Assembly (NCBI GenBank): GCA_051530055.1
Contig: CM121341.1
Coordinates: forward strand, 13,184,784-13,248,783
Direction of reading: 5' to 3'
DNA from: Neoechinorhynchus agilis
Lineage: Eukaryota > Animalia > Acanthocephala
Length of the DNA: 64,000 bases
Below, piece by piece: positions 1 to 10,960 of the stretch. The number at the start of each line of letters is the position of its first letter. The first letter of the stretch is position 1. Below the pieces are notes generated by a model. It was not told where the DNA came from. It saw nothing but the letters and a program-made list of their open reading frames with translations, and made no database searches. A program made the position numbers and the translations under genes.

Positions 1-500
1 TGAGTGTATTATAAACAAGGGGTTCATCCCAAGAAAACTGAGTATGAGGATCGGCCTGAGCTTGCTGACCTGTCTTTGAGTGCCACACTGAAATTCCACG
101 ATTAAGAACATCACACGAATCGGCTAGACCATCTCCAATAATAGCAGTTTGCAAGTTCGAGGTTCGATGCATCGAGGAGATGAATACGGGAAGTGCCAAA
201 TCAGTAACACTTCTAAAACCCAATCCTACGTACTTGATGGGTAAAGTAGCTTGGCGCCAGGCGACGTTTGTGATGCGTTCAAGATGTACCCTCAGAACGT
301 TGTCCAGTTTCAGTAGGTTTCGGTGATGTTCGAAATACGGGGCTGCTCGTATCTTATACATAAGCATCGGTATATGAAGGCAATTCTTAATCAAGAAGAG
401 AGCCTCATGTGCATTCAGTTCTTGAGCGCGGGGGGGGGACAATAGATCGATCTTCATTAGTTCCTTAATTACTGCGACAATATCTTCGGAATAATTTTAA
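1..500 (-). mobile_element. CRE-clade (RLE-type) non-LTR retrotransposon fragment, post-RT region, running off the left edge
   Basis: Manual minus-strand translation is open from about 500 to 1: LNAHEALFLIKNCLHIP...ERITNVAWRQATLPIKYVGLGFRSVTDLALPVFISS. This is clearly homologous to SAHEALFLIKNALH / AWRQASLPVSSGGLGIRALVDLALP of the element at 11-14 kb. It is absent from the ORF track because it has no stop inside the window. Confidence 0.85.
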
Positions 501-1292
501 AGACCGCTCACAAGATAGACTAGTAATTTGGATATATAAGTTTGACGGTTTAAGTCTGACAAAATGAAGAAATAATTATTTAATTAGATACGTTCGTTTG
601 CAGATAGAATTGAAGTTCTCAGAATTATGAAACCCTCGTGTATTCATCTCAAAGTTGCCAAAAGGGAAATGCTCGTAATTATTTGGTTTTGCTCTTATAA
701 ATGTTAAAGTTTTCAAATGAACCTCAATGCTTTGTATATTTAGACCGGGCAAGTAAAACAAAACATTCGTAAAAATCAGTGCAACCTTAAGTAAACGCAC
801 GATTTTGTTCGTTGACATTATAGATTTAATTTTTTGAAATAAAAACTTGGAAATGCACAAGAAATCTCAAATTAATAAATAGAAAAATGATAGTTCAAAA
901 CAGATTTAAGTTATTAAGAAATCACTCAGTTTCTCAGCCCAAAATGAACCCGAAACGAAGGTTTTCTTGAATACAAAATCGTTTCCCAGTGCGCTTTTGG
1001 TCTTAGGTAGCGTTAAAGGTAATGATTCATCTCTAACCTTTCCTAAAACACGACGGAATAAATTTGTTCTAAACTAATGCATCCCCTCCTCAAGTCTACA
1101 AAGTCCATCCGTACAACAACGAAAAATGGTCTTATTGTAAATGTCGAGACGATCCGTCTGGATGTCACTCTTACCCTAAAATATGTAAAAGCGACCCTTG
1201 TGGCTTTACATCTAACTAGAATTCGCCACACTATAAAACCACGACATATTCTTTTAAAACTCGTGTAACATTTCTCGAATAGTAGACCAGTA

Positions 1293-2617
1293 ATGTGGAC
1301 TAAAACCCAGTCAACGTCTATCGATGCGAATTCTCCAGAAGAGAAAATCAGATCGGACTACCACACGGACTACAAGATAAGCTCGGAAACCCATGGATCA
1401 TCTTACGGTAGTGATGAGCGGCACAAGTATACGAGTGAGGCGTATGTTGATACTAGACGAAATAACTCCATTGAAAATGGGTCATCCTTGATGGTTTATC
1501 CGCTTGAAAAATACAAGATTCAGCAGGATCCATGTCCGATTGTGATTCGAAAACTGCTTGCGAAAAACGGAACTCATTTGAGACAAAATGTAATCGTACG
1601 ATATTTCCGACCACCAAAATTACCAACACCAGGCCCATTGATCATCCGGGAAATAAGAGCTCCACAGATCCCACCGGCACCGCCTTTGGTCATTCGTCAG
1701 CGGCCCCCAAATCCACCTTCTAATATACAACCACTCATATTACGAGAACGACCTCCATTGCCTCCCAAAGTAGATACTCAAGCAAAGATAATCACTAAGA
1801 AATTGCCGCCATTGCCTCCACCCGCCAGGCAGCTTATTTTACATGCAAATGAGCTCTCTATGTGGGTCTTGAGAACTCATTAGAGTAGAGAGATATCCAC
1901 CGATGCCACCGAAACCACGAGATATCATCATTGAACGTTGGCTGCCTTATCAAGCGGCTCAAAGACGAAAAGTGATTTACCAACGAGCTCATGATTCAGG
2001 TGTGATGTACACACCAAAAAAGAATATGATTATTCAGTATCAATACCCAAAGACTCATGTCGAACGCGTATTTCAACGAGAGGAGGCTGTCGAAGCCGAT
2101 CCTCGACTGTACGTATCCAAATTCGGATATTCCTTAATGGACAGTGTTTCTCTCGAACACAGTGCCAGACAGATCGGAGTCGTTGAGGACATTGTAAGTT
2201 TGAATGAGTGTTGAATGCCTTTACTTTTTTTGACGAGTTTAGAGTGTTCCGATCGGTGAATCTGTTTGCTCGAGTGAACCGAATTACTTATACGAGTCAA
2301 ACAACCATGCGACGAATCCTTCAACCGATCATTTTATGTCCGAGTTGTATGCTGCGAACATTAATACGGGAAGAGTTAGTTCTCCACTCACGTCTGAGAT
2401 ACTTGTGAACGATCAAGATATCAACAGTGTCGGTGAAAGTAAAGAATGGTCCTCTAACGCAACGCTGGGTGCTGGATACGACTCTGGGATTTATATGCCG
2501 GATCGTGATTACCGAAATTCGTCTTACCTGGAAAGTAATGGAATTAAAGATAACGATATCTTTTATAGAAGTTCAGAGGCAGATATCAGAGGGGAAAATG
2601 TTTCTAATTATATTTGA
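1293..2617 (+). CDS. Proline-rich repeat protein (PLIIRE / PPKPRDIIIERWLPY type), 3 coding segments: about 1293-1841, 1888-2193, 2243-2617
   Basis: ORFs 1293-1883, 1903-2214 and 2336-2617 join into one protein. The canonical intron 2194-2242 (gtaagt...tttag, 49 nt, phase 0) keeps frame. The first junction is the hairpin insert at 1842-1887. Confidence 0.8.
1842..1887 (+). other. 46-nt TA-bounded hairpin insert / atypical intron
   Basis: Stem 1848-1858 pairs with 1871-1881 (10 of 11 bp). The insert carries an in-frame stop at 1881. Removal gives RQLILERYPPMPPKP. Confidence 0.6.
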
Positions 2618-3094
2618 TTTAGAATTTTCAATAAATCCATATAATCGTATAAAGAAAATCCTTCGTGATAAACATGTTAAAATTGTGGTGAATATACTGG
2701 CCCGGTTAAGCTTATTTTATTGAATTGAGAGATATTTCGAATGAGGAAGCCTCATCAGTCATCTAAAAAGTTTTGTAAAACCATATATCTAATTTTTTGC
2801 GGAAAATCGGTGGATGGTAAATTTTGAATGCTTATGTATGAAGCCTTTTATTAGCCTTTAAACGATGATATAAAACCAAAAGGCAGAGGCTTTCAGCTTT
2901 TAAATTTGCGACTTCGTCCAGAAATTCAGTATTACCAATCGATTTTATTAATGCATGGAATCCATTTGAGGGATAGTCCTTCATAAAAAATTTCTTGATA
3001 CCTTAATGGAGTGAAAAAAGTGCAAAAGCATTCTCGGATGACTCATTTGTTCGCGGAAAGGAACGTTTGACATTTCGTAGTGTGAAAACTCTCA

Positions 3095-4713
3095 ATGATT
3101 CAACTTCCACCCATATCGGATTCTTATATTAGCGAACAGGACGATCGTGATCGATCGTACGCTCTAAAGTTCCTCTGTTTCCTAAAATCTGTTAGTTTAC
3201 ATGGAAAACCACGAAAATGGCTGCCATTGTCCAATTTTTCCATTTCACACGACATTCGCCAAGGCCGCATTGGCACTTGTTGGATTTTAAGTGCTATATA
3301 CGCGATAAGGTGTCGCCCAGACTTGATTCACAGATTAGTTCGCCGGATCGACGGCCAGCATTGGTCGTTCCAGATTTGGGTTAACGGAAAGGAAGAGCAC
3401 GTCGAGGTGTATTTATAGATCTTTTATATTGTGAAAGATCTATAGATTTAGATGATCTTGTACCATGTTCAAAAGACGGGATGCCCCTTTGTTCATTTGG
3501 AAACGATAGCTGGATGGTAATGGCGGAGAAGGCCGTTGCGGCCGTACGTGGTTCGTATTTTAGACTCCACAGTGGTAGAGTTGACCAAGGACTTCAGATG
3601 TTGACCGGTAAACCCGTGTTCCAGATATCAGTTCAAGATTGCTGGAGTGATTTAAAACAAGCTTTGAGCCGAGGACATATAGTGTGTTGTAGTGTAAGAC
3701 TTGGATGGGTATCGATTGCCTTGAATGCAGTGACATCCAGTCGCTTTGAAAACTGTCACGCCTTCTCCATTCTATCTCTAACGGAAACATCAAAGGGGAA
3801 TAAAATGATCAAAGTGTTCAATCCTTGGGGAGACTCTTTGAGTAGTTCGTTGATGAGCCGATTTGTGTATGGTGGTGAGCGATACTGCGGTCCAACTACG
3901 TGGATTCCTTTTCATCAATTCGTTCAATACTTGATATCGATCAGTGAGTGTTACACAAGCTACACTCATCAAGTTAGCGAAACCATTTTCCCATTTAAAG
4001 TCCTTAAATTCAAAGGAGTTGAAGAAGTAAACTCTTTTAAACTAGAACCGGGCTTTAAAGCAACGGTTTGCGTCGAAGTGTTTATTGACGTCCACGAAGA
4101 TTACCTGTCTAACTGTTTACTAATACTTCAATCCGGAACTAATATACAAATCCATACTTCCAGGGACTTTTACATGTGCCGTAAAATCGAACCAATTGAT
4201 CAAACGCTCACTATAACACCAGTTTGCCTTAATAATTTAGCGAGGATAATTGTAAGCGTTCACAGTTACGAAAATGTTTCCTTTGGGTTAAATGAGCGTC
4301 TTAATTCAAAGACTGTTCGAGATACACTTTTAACAGAAACGCTCAATAAAGGACAATGTTTAGAATGCGGTTTTGGTTTTAAGTTCTACCAATTACGATT
4401 TGATGAAACAGCTATTTGTTTGGTCGGCTATGCAGCAACTGAAACCGTTCATTGTCTCACTGAAGTACTTATCAAAGAACCGCTCAAATATGCCGGAAGC
4501 AGTCGACAGAAGTTTGTGACCAATGATATAGTAAAACAATCTAACGTAATGATTTTAAATCTCGTTTTAGGCGTCAAGAGCGCAATAGATGTAAAGTGTA
4601 CGGCGTGGAAGTTGATGTGTGATGGCGAAAGTACCCTAGCATCGTCGGACTTTTATAATATCCACACGTCGGTTCTATTCGATGATTTAGATATATCTGG
4701 AGTAAGTGGTTAA
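3095..4713 (+). CDS. CAPN15: Calpain-family cysteine protease, SOL/calpain-15-like (catalytic domain plus C-terminal extension)
   Basis: Catalytic motifs QGRIGTCW, CHAFSIL and FNPWG are intact. GSYFRLHSGRVDQGLQMLTGKP and DDLVPC resemble CAPN15/SOL as recalled. The two ORFs (3095-3418, 3481-4713) are joined across the insert at 3416-3450. No N-terminal zinc fingers seen. Confidence 0.85.
3416..3450 (+). other. 35-nt hairpin insert / atypical intron flanked by ATTTA direct repeat
   Basis: Perfect 11-bp stem 3414-3424/3434-3444. ATTTA occurs at 3411-3415 and 3446-3450. In-frame TAG at 3416. Removal restores VEVYLDDLVPC. Confidence 0.65.
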
Positions 4714-4740
4714 TCGGACATGGTACAAATATTACTTGTT

Positions 4741-5125
4741 AAGTGTATTTGAAGTGACCATCTCCTACACGGCTAATTAATACAGATAACGTTTTTGGGT
4801 AAGAGAAGCGGTTGAATCACTTGGACTCTTCACCATACGCGGTAAAGAGTTTGTACACCCCCGTCCGGATTCTCAGATACCTCCCGAGGATGCGGGGCAA
4901 ATCTTTCAGTTTAGTCCCTTTAACGAGGTATTTCGTCCATCCGCGATATCGTGGATTTTGAACCATTTTACCACCCTGAAACAGAAACTCAGGCTCAAGT
5001 CCACTGAACCACCTCGACTTCACTACCGAATGTACAAATTCAGCCATTTTATGCCCAAGGAAAATAATTAGCCTTGCAAGGGATGGTCACTCCAAATGCA
5101 CCTGAATGTTACTGGCTAGCGTAAC
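4741..5125. mobile_element. Palindromic MITE-like element (family A) with an internal insert of about 270 bp
   Basis: Inverted arms of about 40 bp at 4741-4780 and 5063-5103. The core at 5052-5076 (reverse complement caaggctaattattttccttgggca) nearly matches 23243-23267. The ctggctagc terminal motif lies at 5112-5120. Confidence 0.7.
4817..5047 (-). CDS. 76-aa ORF of unknown function lying inside the family A palindrome
   Basis: ATG-initiated ORF from the track. No family recognised with confidence. Confidence 0.3.
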   Translation of the reverse strand: MAEFVHSVVKSRWFSGLEPEFLFQGGKMVQNPRYRGWTKYLVKGTKLKDLPRILGRYLRIRTGVYKLFTAYGEESK

Positions 5126-5711
5126 ATAAGATAAAGCAAATATCAGTGTTCAATTAAAAGGCAATGTATCCGTTTCAGCGCTTTATCATTAAGTTAGAGT
5201 TGTGGTGATCATAATCCCACATAAAAGATATTTTATTGAATTGAAATATTTCAAACGAGGAAGCGCCACCTCATTAGTCATTGTAAACTACAAAAAATCA
5301 ATAAAATATATTTTATCCGTGAGATTATGATCACCAAAACTCCAATTCACCATCCCGAAGGATTTCCTATCGATGAGTTCGATCACGATTTTAAGATAAA
5401 CAATAGAACACACTTTAAAAATTTCCGTCAAATCGTCCTATTCCATCAAAGCGGGCAATCGTCAAGAATTCATTACTAGGTTAAATTTTTATTTTCGTAA
5501 CGTTTAACACTTAGACTATTCCAAATGATAAAAGTATGATTTCAAATAGTTTTTCTAGAAGGTAATTAAAGTGAAGTTAAAAAGTATCCGCTTAACGTTT
5601 ACCAGTTCATTAAAATCTTACATAACAGAGGGGCTATCAATTTAAGGAAACTTTAAGGGACAAAAATATATTTATTAGTAATAAACAACTTACATTTTGA
5701 ACATTAAAAAG

Positions 5712-6320
5712 TCACGCGGAAGTATAAGGGAACTTCCTGAACAGACTGTTATTAACAGCGCATGTATTAAATCGGTCTACGATTTGGAATTGCAAACGTA
5801 TTTCCCTTGATGAATATCTCAGCATTAATGGAATAGTAAGAAGAGCGACGAGTAAACCAAGAACGATTCCCATAAGACTTTGGTACAAAGCATATCGTGA
5901 GTAGATCGCCGCAACGACAGGTGAGTAGATTGGACTATCTTTCACGAGTAGTTCCTTACATTGAACAGAATTTCGAAGAGCACAGATTCCGAGTGGAGGA
6001 AATGTGTAAACTGAAACAAGACTGACTAAAAAGTACGAGCGGATCTTAAAGTGCGGAATAATGATCCGCTTGATTGGATAATCTCTTATGCCAACAATGT
6101 ACAAAAAAATAGAATTCTATTGAACATTCTTGGAGCTAAATTAAAATCACTCATGAATGTCAGCGTTAATTTCTAAATACCGAAATAATTACGATTACCA
6201 TAGAAACAATTCGAAAAAAATATGATTTGGAATAAACCGATTTTAGAATAGTTTTGAGCCTCAGCGAACAAAATAAAAGCATAGATCTTTACTAGCACAA
6301 ATGGACCAGTTGGACAACAT
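5712..6320 (-). CDS. Putative multi-exon membrane protein; exon structure unresolved
   Basis: Hydrophobic ORF 5712-6104 (YQSLMGIVLGLLVALLTIPLMLRY) with an acceptor-like tag upstream, plus further hydrophobic frames up to an ATG at 6320. Resemblance to TMEM17-type or PAP2-type proteins is weak. Confidence 0.35.
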
Positions 6321-6449
6321 GATCTTTAAAAAATGCGCTTTTAACCTAGAAATGACTAATCATAATAGCTGCGATTTTAGAATCCTTTATTGATAAAACG
6401 AGAATGATTTTTCGGACATAGGCATCCGCATACACCCACATTGTAATCG

Positions 6450-9400
6450 TCACTTCCCTCTTTTGGATTTTAAATAATCATAGAACGATTCAATGTCGCT
6501 ATCTTCATCATCAACTTCCACCGTCCTCTTTTTCCGATCGTTCTTATTTAGTGCTTGACTAAACGTGCTTTTATAAATTCGAATCGTTTAGGGAAAAACC
6601 CATTATATTGACCTTGTATCCGATTTTTGAGTCTCCTGCGACGTTGAAGATGCAGAAGTCGAGCTGCTAAACGTTGATGTGGATGAACTGCTCAAAATAT
6701 CTTCTTGTGACGAAGAATCCGTCGGAGAAGATGGTATTGGCGGACCAGGATTGAACATGTAAGGAGGCAAACATGGCGTATGGTCCATGCAAGCTCCATC
6801 GATCTAAAAACATTTTTTGGTACAAACAGCACTTTATACCCCTTCAGGCTAACTTGATTTTCCAAACGACGAGCGGAAGACGCAATCATCGATTTTATCT
6901 CATCATCGTCCGGGAAATTACAATCGAGAGCTCGTCTATAAGATCGTATAGCAGCCTGATAATCATTCCGGCTCTCGTGTGCCTGTCCACTGGCGCAAAG
7001 AACTTGACACAAGTATTTCGAGGCACAGTGATTATCTCGATCCAATTCCACTGCGAGACTAAGATTCCTAATTGACTCTGTAATCCGATTTTGATTGGCA
7101 AGTCTATCTCAGCGAACGAGGGACAACGGGCAGTTGTTAAGGTTTTTATAAAATACCCACAGAGCGCCGTATGCGATTAAAGCGTCCACGTTAGAAGGCT
7201 CAAGACGAACTGCAAATTCAAACGCGATTAGAGCTCCTTTCGGATTCGGTGGATTGTTCGCTTTAAATAACTTCATACCAAGTTTCAAGCTAAAGTGGTT
7301 AAGTTTTGAATAAATTATCTGTTTTTAATCTTTAAATTGATAGACAAATATAGTACATTCGAATTGGTTGAATATTGAACCGACGACGAAAAGGTCTTTC
7401 TGAAAAAAAGATCATCAAAATGCAGTTATTTTTGAAATTAAGAATACTTTCCGTTGAGGAAAAATCGATCAAAACTATAATCGTGAGAGTTTAGTTTTCT
7501 ATAAGCATGCTAATGGAAGCTAAGTCGATCTAGAAAACTGCTTGCGACTAAAATGTTAACTGTGGCAGTCGCGATACGAATAGGTTAAGAACTAATGGTT
7601 GGTATAGAGCGAAACCTTTCGGTTCTAAATGCAAACCGTCGCTAATTCCTGGCAAACCATTTATACACTTCATAAAAAGCGGTATAATCTAAAAAAAGTG
7701 CGATTCGCAGCATAGTGAGAAATTGGTTACAACAGGAATTACGGTTTCTCGGGAGCTTGCCTTTAAAGTATCTCGACGGACTCTTCTTGTATCGAAATTG
7801 CAGAACAGGGTGGGAAAGCAGTCAGCATATCATAAAAGGAAGCGTAACTTATCAAGTTTTCTTTTTAAATGGATACTTAAAGTGGTTGTTGTAATGATAA
7901 AGAAAATCTTTATTTCGAGCTTTCGTCGTCTTACGGCTTCTACAGGAATCTACAAAGGCGCAGTTTAAGTAGCGACATTGAAGGGTGGAAAGTTCGTCCA
8001 GGCTTTTGAACAGTTCTGAGACTTTTTCTGCGGACTTGTGAACATAACCGGAATTACGGTTTCTCGGGAGCTCGTCTTTAAAATTTCTCGATGGACTTTT
8101 CTTGTATCGAAATTGCAGGCGCCTTTGCAGATTCCTAAAAAAGCCGTAAGACGACGAAAGCTCGAAAATAAAGCTTTATCTTTTTGTCATTACAACAGCC
8201 CAAGTGTCCATTTAAAAGAAAACAAAACTTAATCATATGGCTGCAAAATGGAGTAATATTTCACACTATTAAAGTTTTTAGATTAAAAGCAGCGAATCGC
8301 GTTTCAAAGAACATGGTACAATCTAACGAAAACAGTGGCTAGTGATTTGAATATATAAAAACCGTTTCATGGATCAGTGACTAAAACTTACCATTCATCG
8401 CAAGTTTGTCTGTTCTGCATATGTCTAAGTCCTTGAACACCAGTATTGCTTATTTCCAACTCCCGTAATCTAGTTCGCAACATTTGTGAAGAGCAGCGAT
8501 TGGAGAACGTGTAGAATCATTACTTACTTTTGATCGATTGAAGGGATCAAAGACGAGGGAAAATTAAAACCGCCTTGTTGTTTAAAAATCTCCAGGATAT
8601 TCTGACAGCACTTTGGATTGAAGAAAGCAGGGTCATTTTTTAGAGCGTCTACATAGTTCGTGAATTTCGAAGAATTCCTATGATTTCATTTAATGAATAG
8701 GAAATTGTCATTTTGATTACCTGAAATATAAGGGAAGTTCGTCCCACGATTGAAGAATTGTCTTTTTGTGAAGAATAAAGCATTTCAGTGAAGTCTGGCG
8801 ATCGAATGTAACATATTAAACTTACTAAATTCGGTTTGTCCAAATCGATTAGGAGATTTGCGAATGGTGAAGGTAGTTCGTATGAACTAAGATCTCGTGT
8901 AAATCGAGTCTTGATTAAGTCTCCATTAGTGATATGTTCAATTGAATGATTATAGATTCCAATTAGAGGCAAATCAGTTAGGTCGACGGACTTTGGAAAG
9001 TCCGTGCAAAATAGTTTCACGAGTATTCCGTTTCGGTTTGAAACACTTTCAACTCTACCGAACACGTGATCGCCTTTTCTTAAGACCTATAAATCAACCG
9101 AGTTCGCCATGAATAAATGAAAAGAAAATAATAACCTCTCTGGCGTGACATAGACGATTTAGTTTAGATACCTTTTGTTCATTTTCATTGAAATAAAGCC
9201 ACGATGGTGGATCCGCAAATTCGACTAAATAAAACGTTAATTCGATCGAGCTTTTCCTTCGAGGGCTTCAGTTCATTTTCTCTAAACGGCGAGTTTTCCC
9301 GCCTCGAGATTTATTTGTAAACATGTAAATTTTCGAGGCCTCAACCTCCTTATCAAGCATTGTTTGCAAGTTTGAAAATTTGCATGTTTACAAAATAAAT

Positions 9401-9601
9401 CTCGAGGAGGGAAAAAATCGCCGTATAGAGAAAATAAAGCGTTAATGCATCTTTTTTGCTTTTGCTCTTACGTGGTGACTTGTGACTCAAAAGCCACTCG
9501 GTGCTTATGGGTGATTGATCAATAGACGGGAAATTGATCTTTTTGCATATCAAAGAGATTTTTTGACTGAAATCAGTTGATTTTTGTACACTGTCCTTCA
9601 T
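6450..9601 (-). CDS. TTC14: Tetratricopeptide repeat protein 14 (S1-like domain plus TPRs), about 9 exons
   Basis: Spliced with GT-AG introns it gives LRKGDHVFGRVESV...DELPLYFR...AFFNPKCC...ECLKLGMKLFK...NVDALIAYGALLAN...HCASKYLCQVL, collinear with TTC14 as recalled (ERGDIVIGRI, EELPLYYR, CVKIGVDYFK, NARKYLCQTL). It has an intron of about 1.1 kb at about 7290-8390 and ends ...YLKSKRGK* at 6450. Confidence 0.88.
7866..8216. mobile_element. MITE family B, long form, in a TTC14 intron
   Basis: Inverted arms (gttgtaatga...gagctttcgtcgtcttacggctt / aagccgtaagacgacgaaagctc...tcattacaacagcccaagtgtcc) match the arms of 25316-25508. A direct repeat of about 70 bp lies at about 7733 and about 8048. 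Confidence 0.8.
9275..9435. repeat. 160-bp near-perfect palindrome (arms about 60 bp) inside TTC14 intron 1
   Basis: attttctctaaacggcgag...cctcgagatttatttgtaaacatgtaaattttc (9275-9334) is the near reverse complement of 9374-9435. Confidence 0.9.
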
Positions 9602-10269
9602 CTATAAACAAGTGCAAATAAAACCATTAGATATTTTGCTCGCAACCAAGAATATAAGGATTACCAAGGGAAAATTCCGAATGCTGATTAAAATAAGTTA
9701 CGTCACCAGTCAAGAATTTTCTGTAATTGACGCATTATTTGGATTCGCGCTAAAGTACCGAAATAGCTACAAAACACTAAAAATGATTCTGAGGGTTTTT
9801 TGGCTTCACCAGCCAATTGCATGAATTTGATTTTTGATATTTTAAATTTTGATTTAGGATTTAGCAAAATACGCATCGGGATGATATTCATAGTTTTAGG
9901 TGGATAAAGTCGCAGGTAATTAAAATTCTAGTCGATCAAAATTTTTGGTTTTTCAAAATTGCAGGTTCACATCGGCGCTGCTAATTCAGGAAGCACGACG
10001 AATTCAGTTGTTGTCGATCATCCTTACAGTCGACTAGCAAATCAATGCTATCTATGGGTTTAAAAACCATACAAGGGTTTAAATTGACTTTTTTAAATGG
10101 CCGAAATTTTTTAAGTAATTTATCGAATTCGATATTTCTGAAGCACACAATCTTGTTCGCGTTTATCGAAGTTGTTTCGGAAGTTTTCCCGAGCACAAAC
10201 GAATGCCGAAATATCGAATTCAATAAATTGCTTATTGGTTGTTTTCTGGCGAAAAAAATAAAATGATTT

Positions 10270-10935
10270 GTGCCTATAACTATTGCTCCAACTAATCAGC
10301 GAGGAACTTGAATTTCTGTAGAGCATGCTAAAAGGAAAGGGCTATTCAATCGACTTGATAAGAAGAGCGCTAGTAGCAGGGGCTCCTATGCAAAGAAAAC
10401 TATGTGCCAGAAGTCAAAACAAAAAACACTCATAGGTGCACCATTCGTCGACGAGGAGTTCGTCACTGCAATAAGCAGCCTTATCAAAGGAGGCGCGTCA
10501 AAAGACGTGGAGTATTGTATCGACACCAAGAGATGGTGAAGAAACGTGAAGAACATGAATGCAAAGGAGTGGTGTACAAAATCCCTTGCACCGAATGTCA
10601 AAAGTCATATGTGGGCCAAACCAACAATTTACAAAGAAGAATTAAAGAACATAAATATGCTATGGGGAGAGGTACCGATGCCAGTTACGCAATACTCAAC
10701 CATTTCGCACAACAAGGCCACGTCATGGACATTGACAACACCACCATTTTGGCACGCAGCGAAACAAAATGGGATCGTGTGATATGGAGGCAATATTCAT
10801 CCGCCAAGTGAAAACGGTTGAAGGGAATAAGGTGGACTTTAGACTCAATCTTAGGACAGTGAATATTGATCCTTCCCCCACTTAATTTTTAGACCTTGAT
10901 AAACGCGTACAAGATTGTGCCGAAATATCGGATTT
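10270..10935 (+). mobile_element. Penelope-like element 3' fragment (RT thumb remnant, GIY-YIG endonuclease, pLTR-like tail)
   Basis: GVVYKIPCTECQKSYVGQTNNLQRRIKEH is a PLE-type GIY-YIG motif. Upstream is the degenerate EELEFL*SMLKGKGYSIDLIRRAL. The tail at 10890-10932 has an inverted copy at about 10130-10172. Confidence 0.85.
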
Positions 10936-10960
10936 TAAAAATAAAATCATTTTTCAAACA

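Noticed and set aside
4817-5047. Resemblance of the 76-aa ORF to mitoribosomal mL51 or ATP synthase subunit f
   Set aside because: Only scattered short matches recalled from memory, with inconsistent spacing.
2716-5281. 45-50-bp similar segments at 2716-2762 and 5232-5281 (ttttattgaattga...gaggaagc...ctcat.agtcat)
   Set aside because: Only two short copies, with no termini or structure to define an element or regulatory role.
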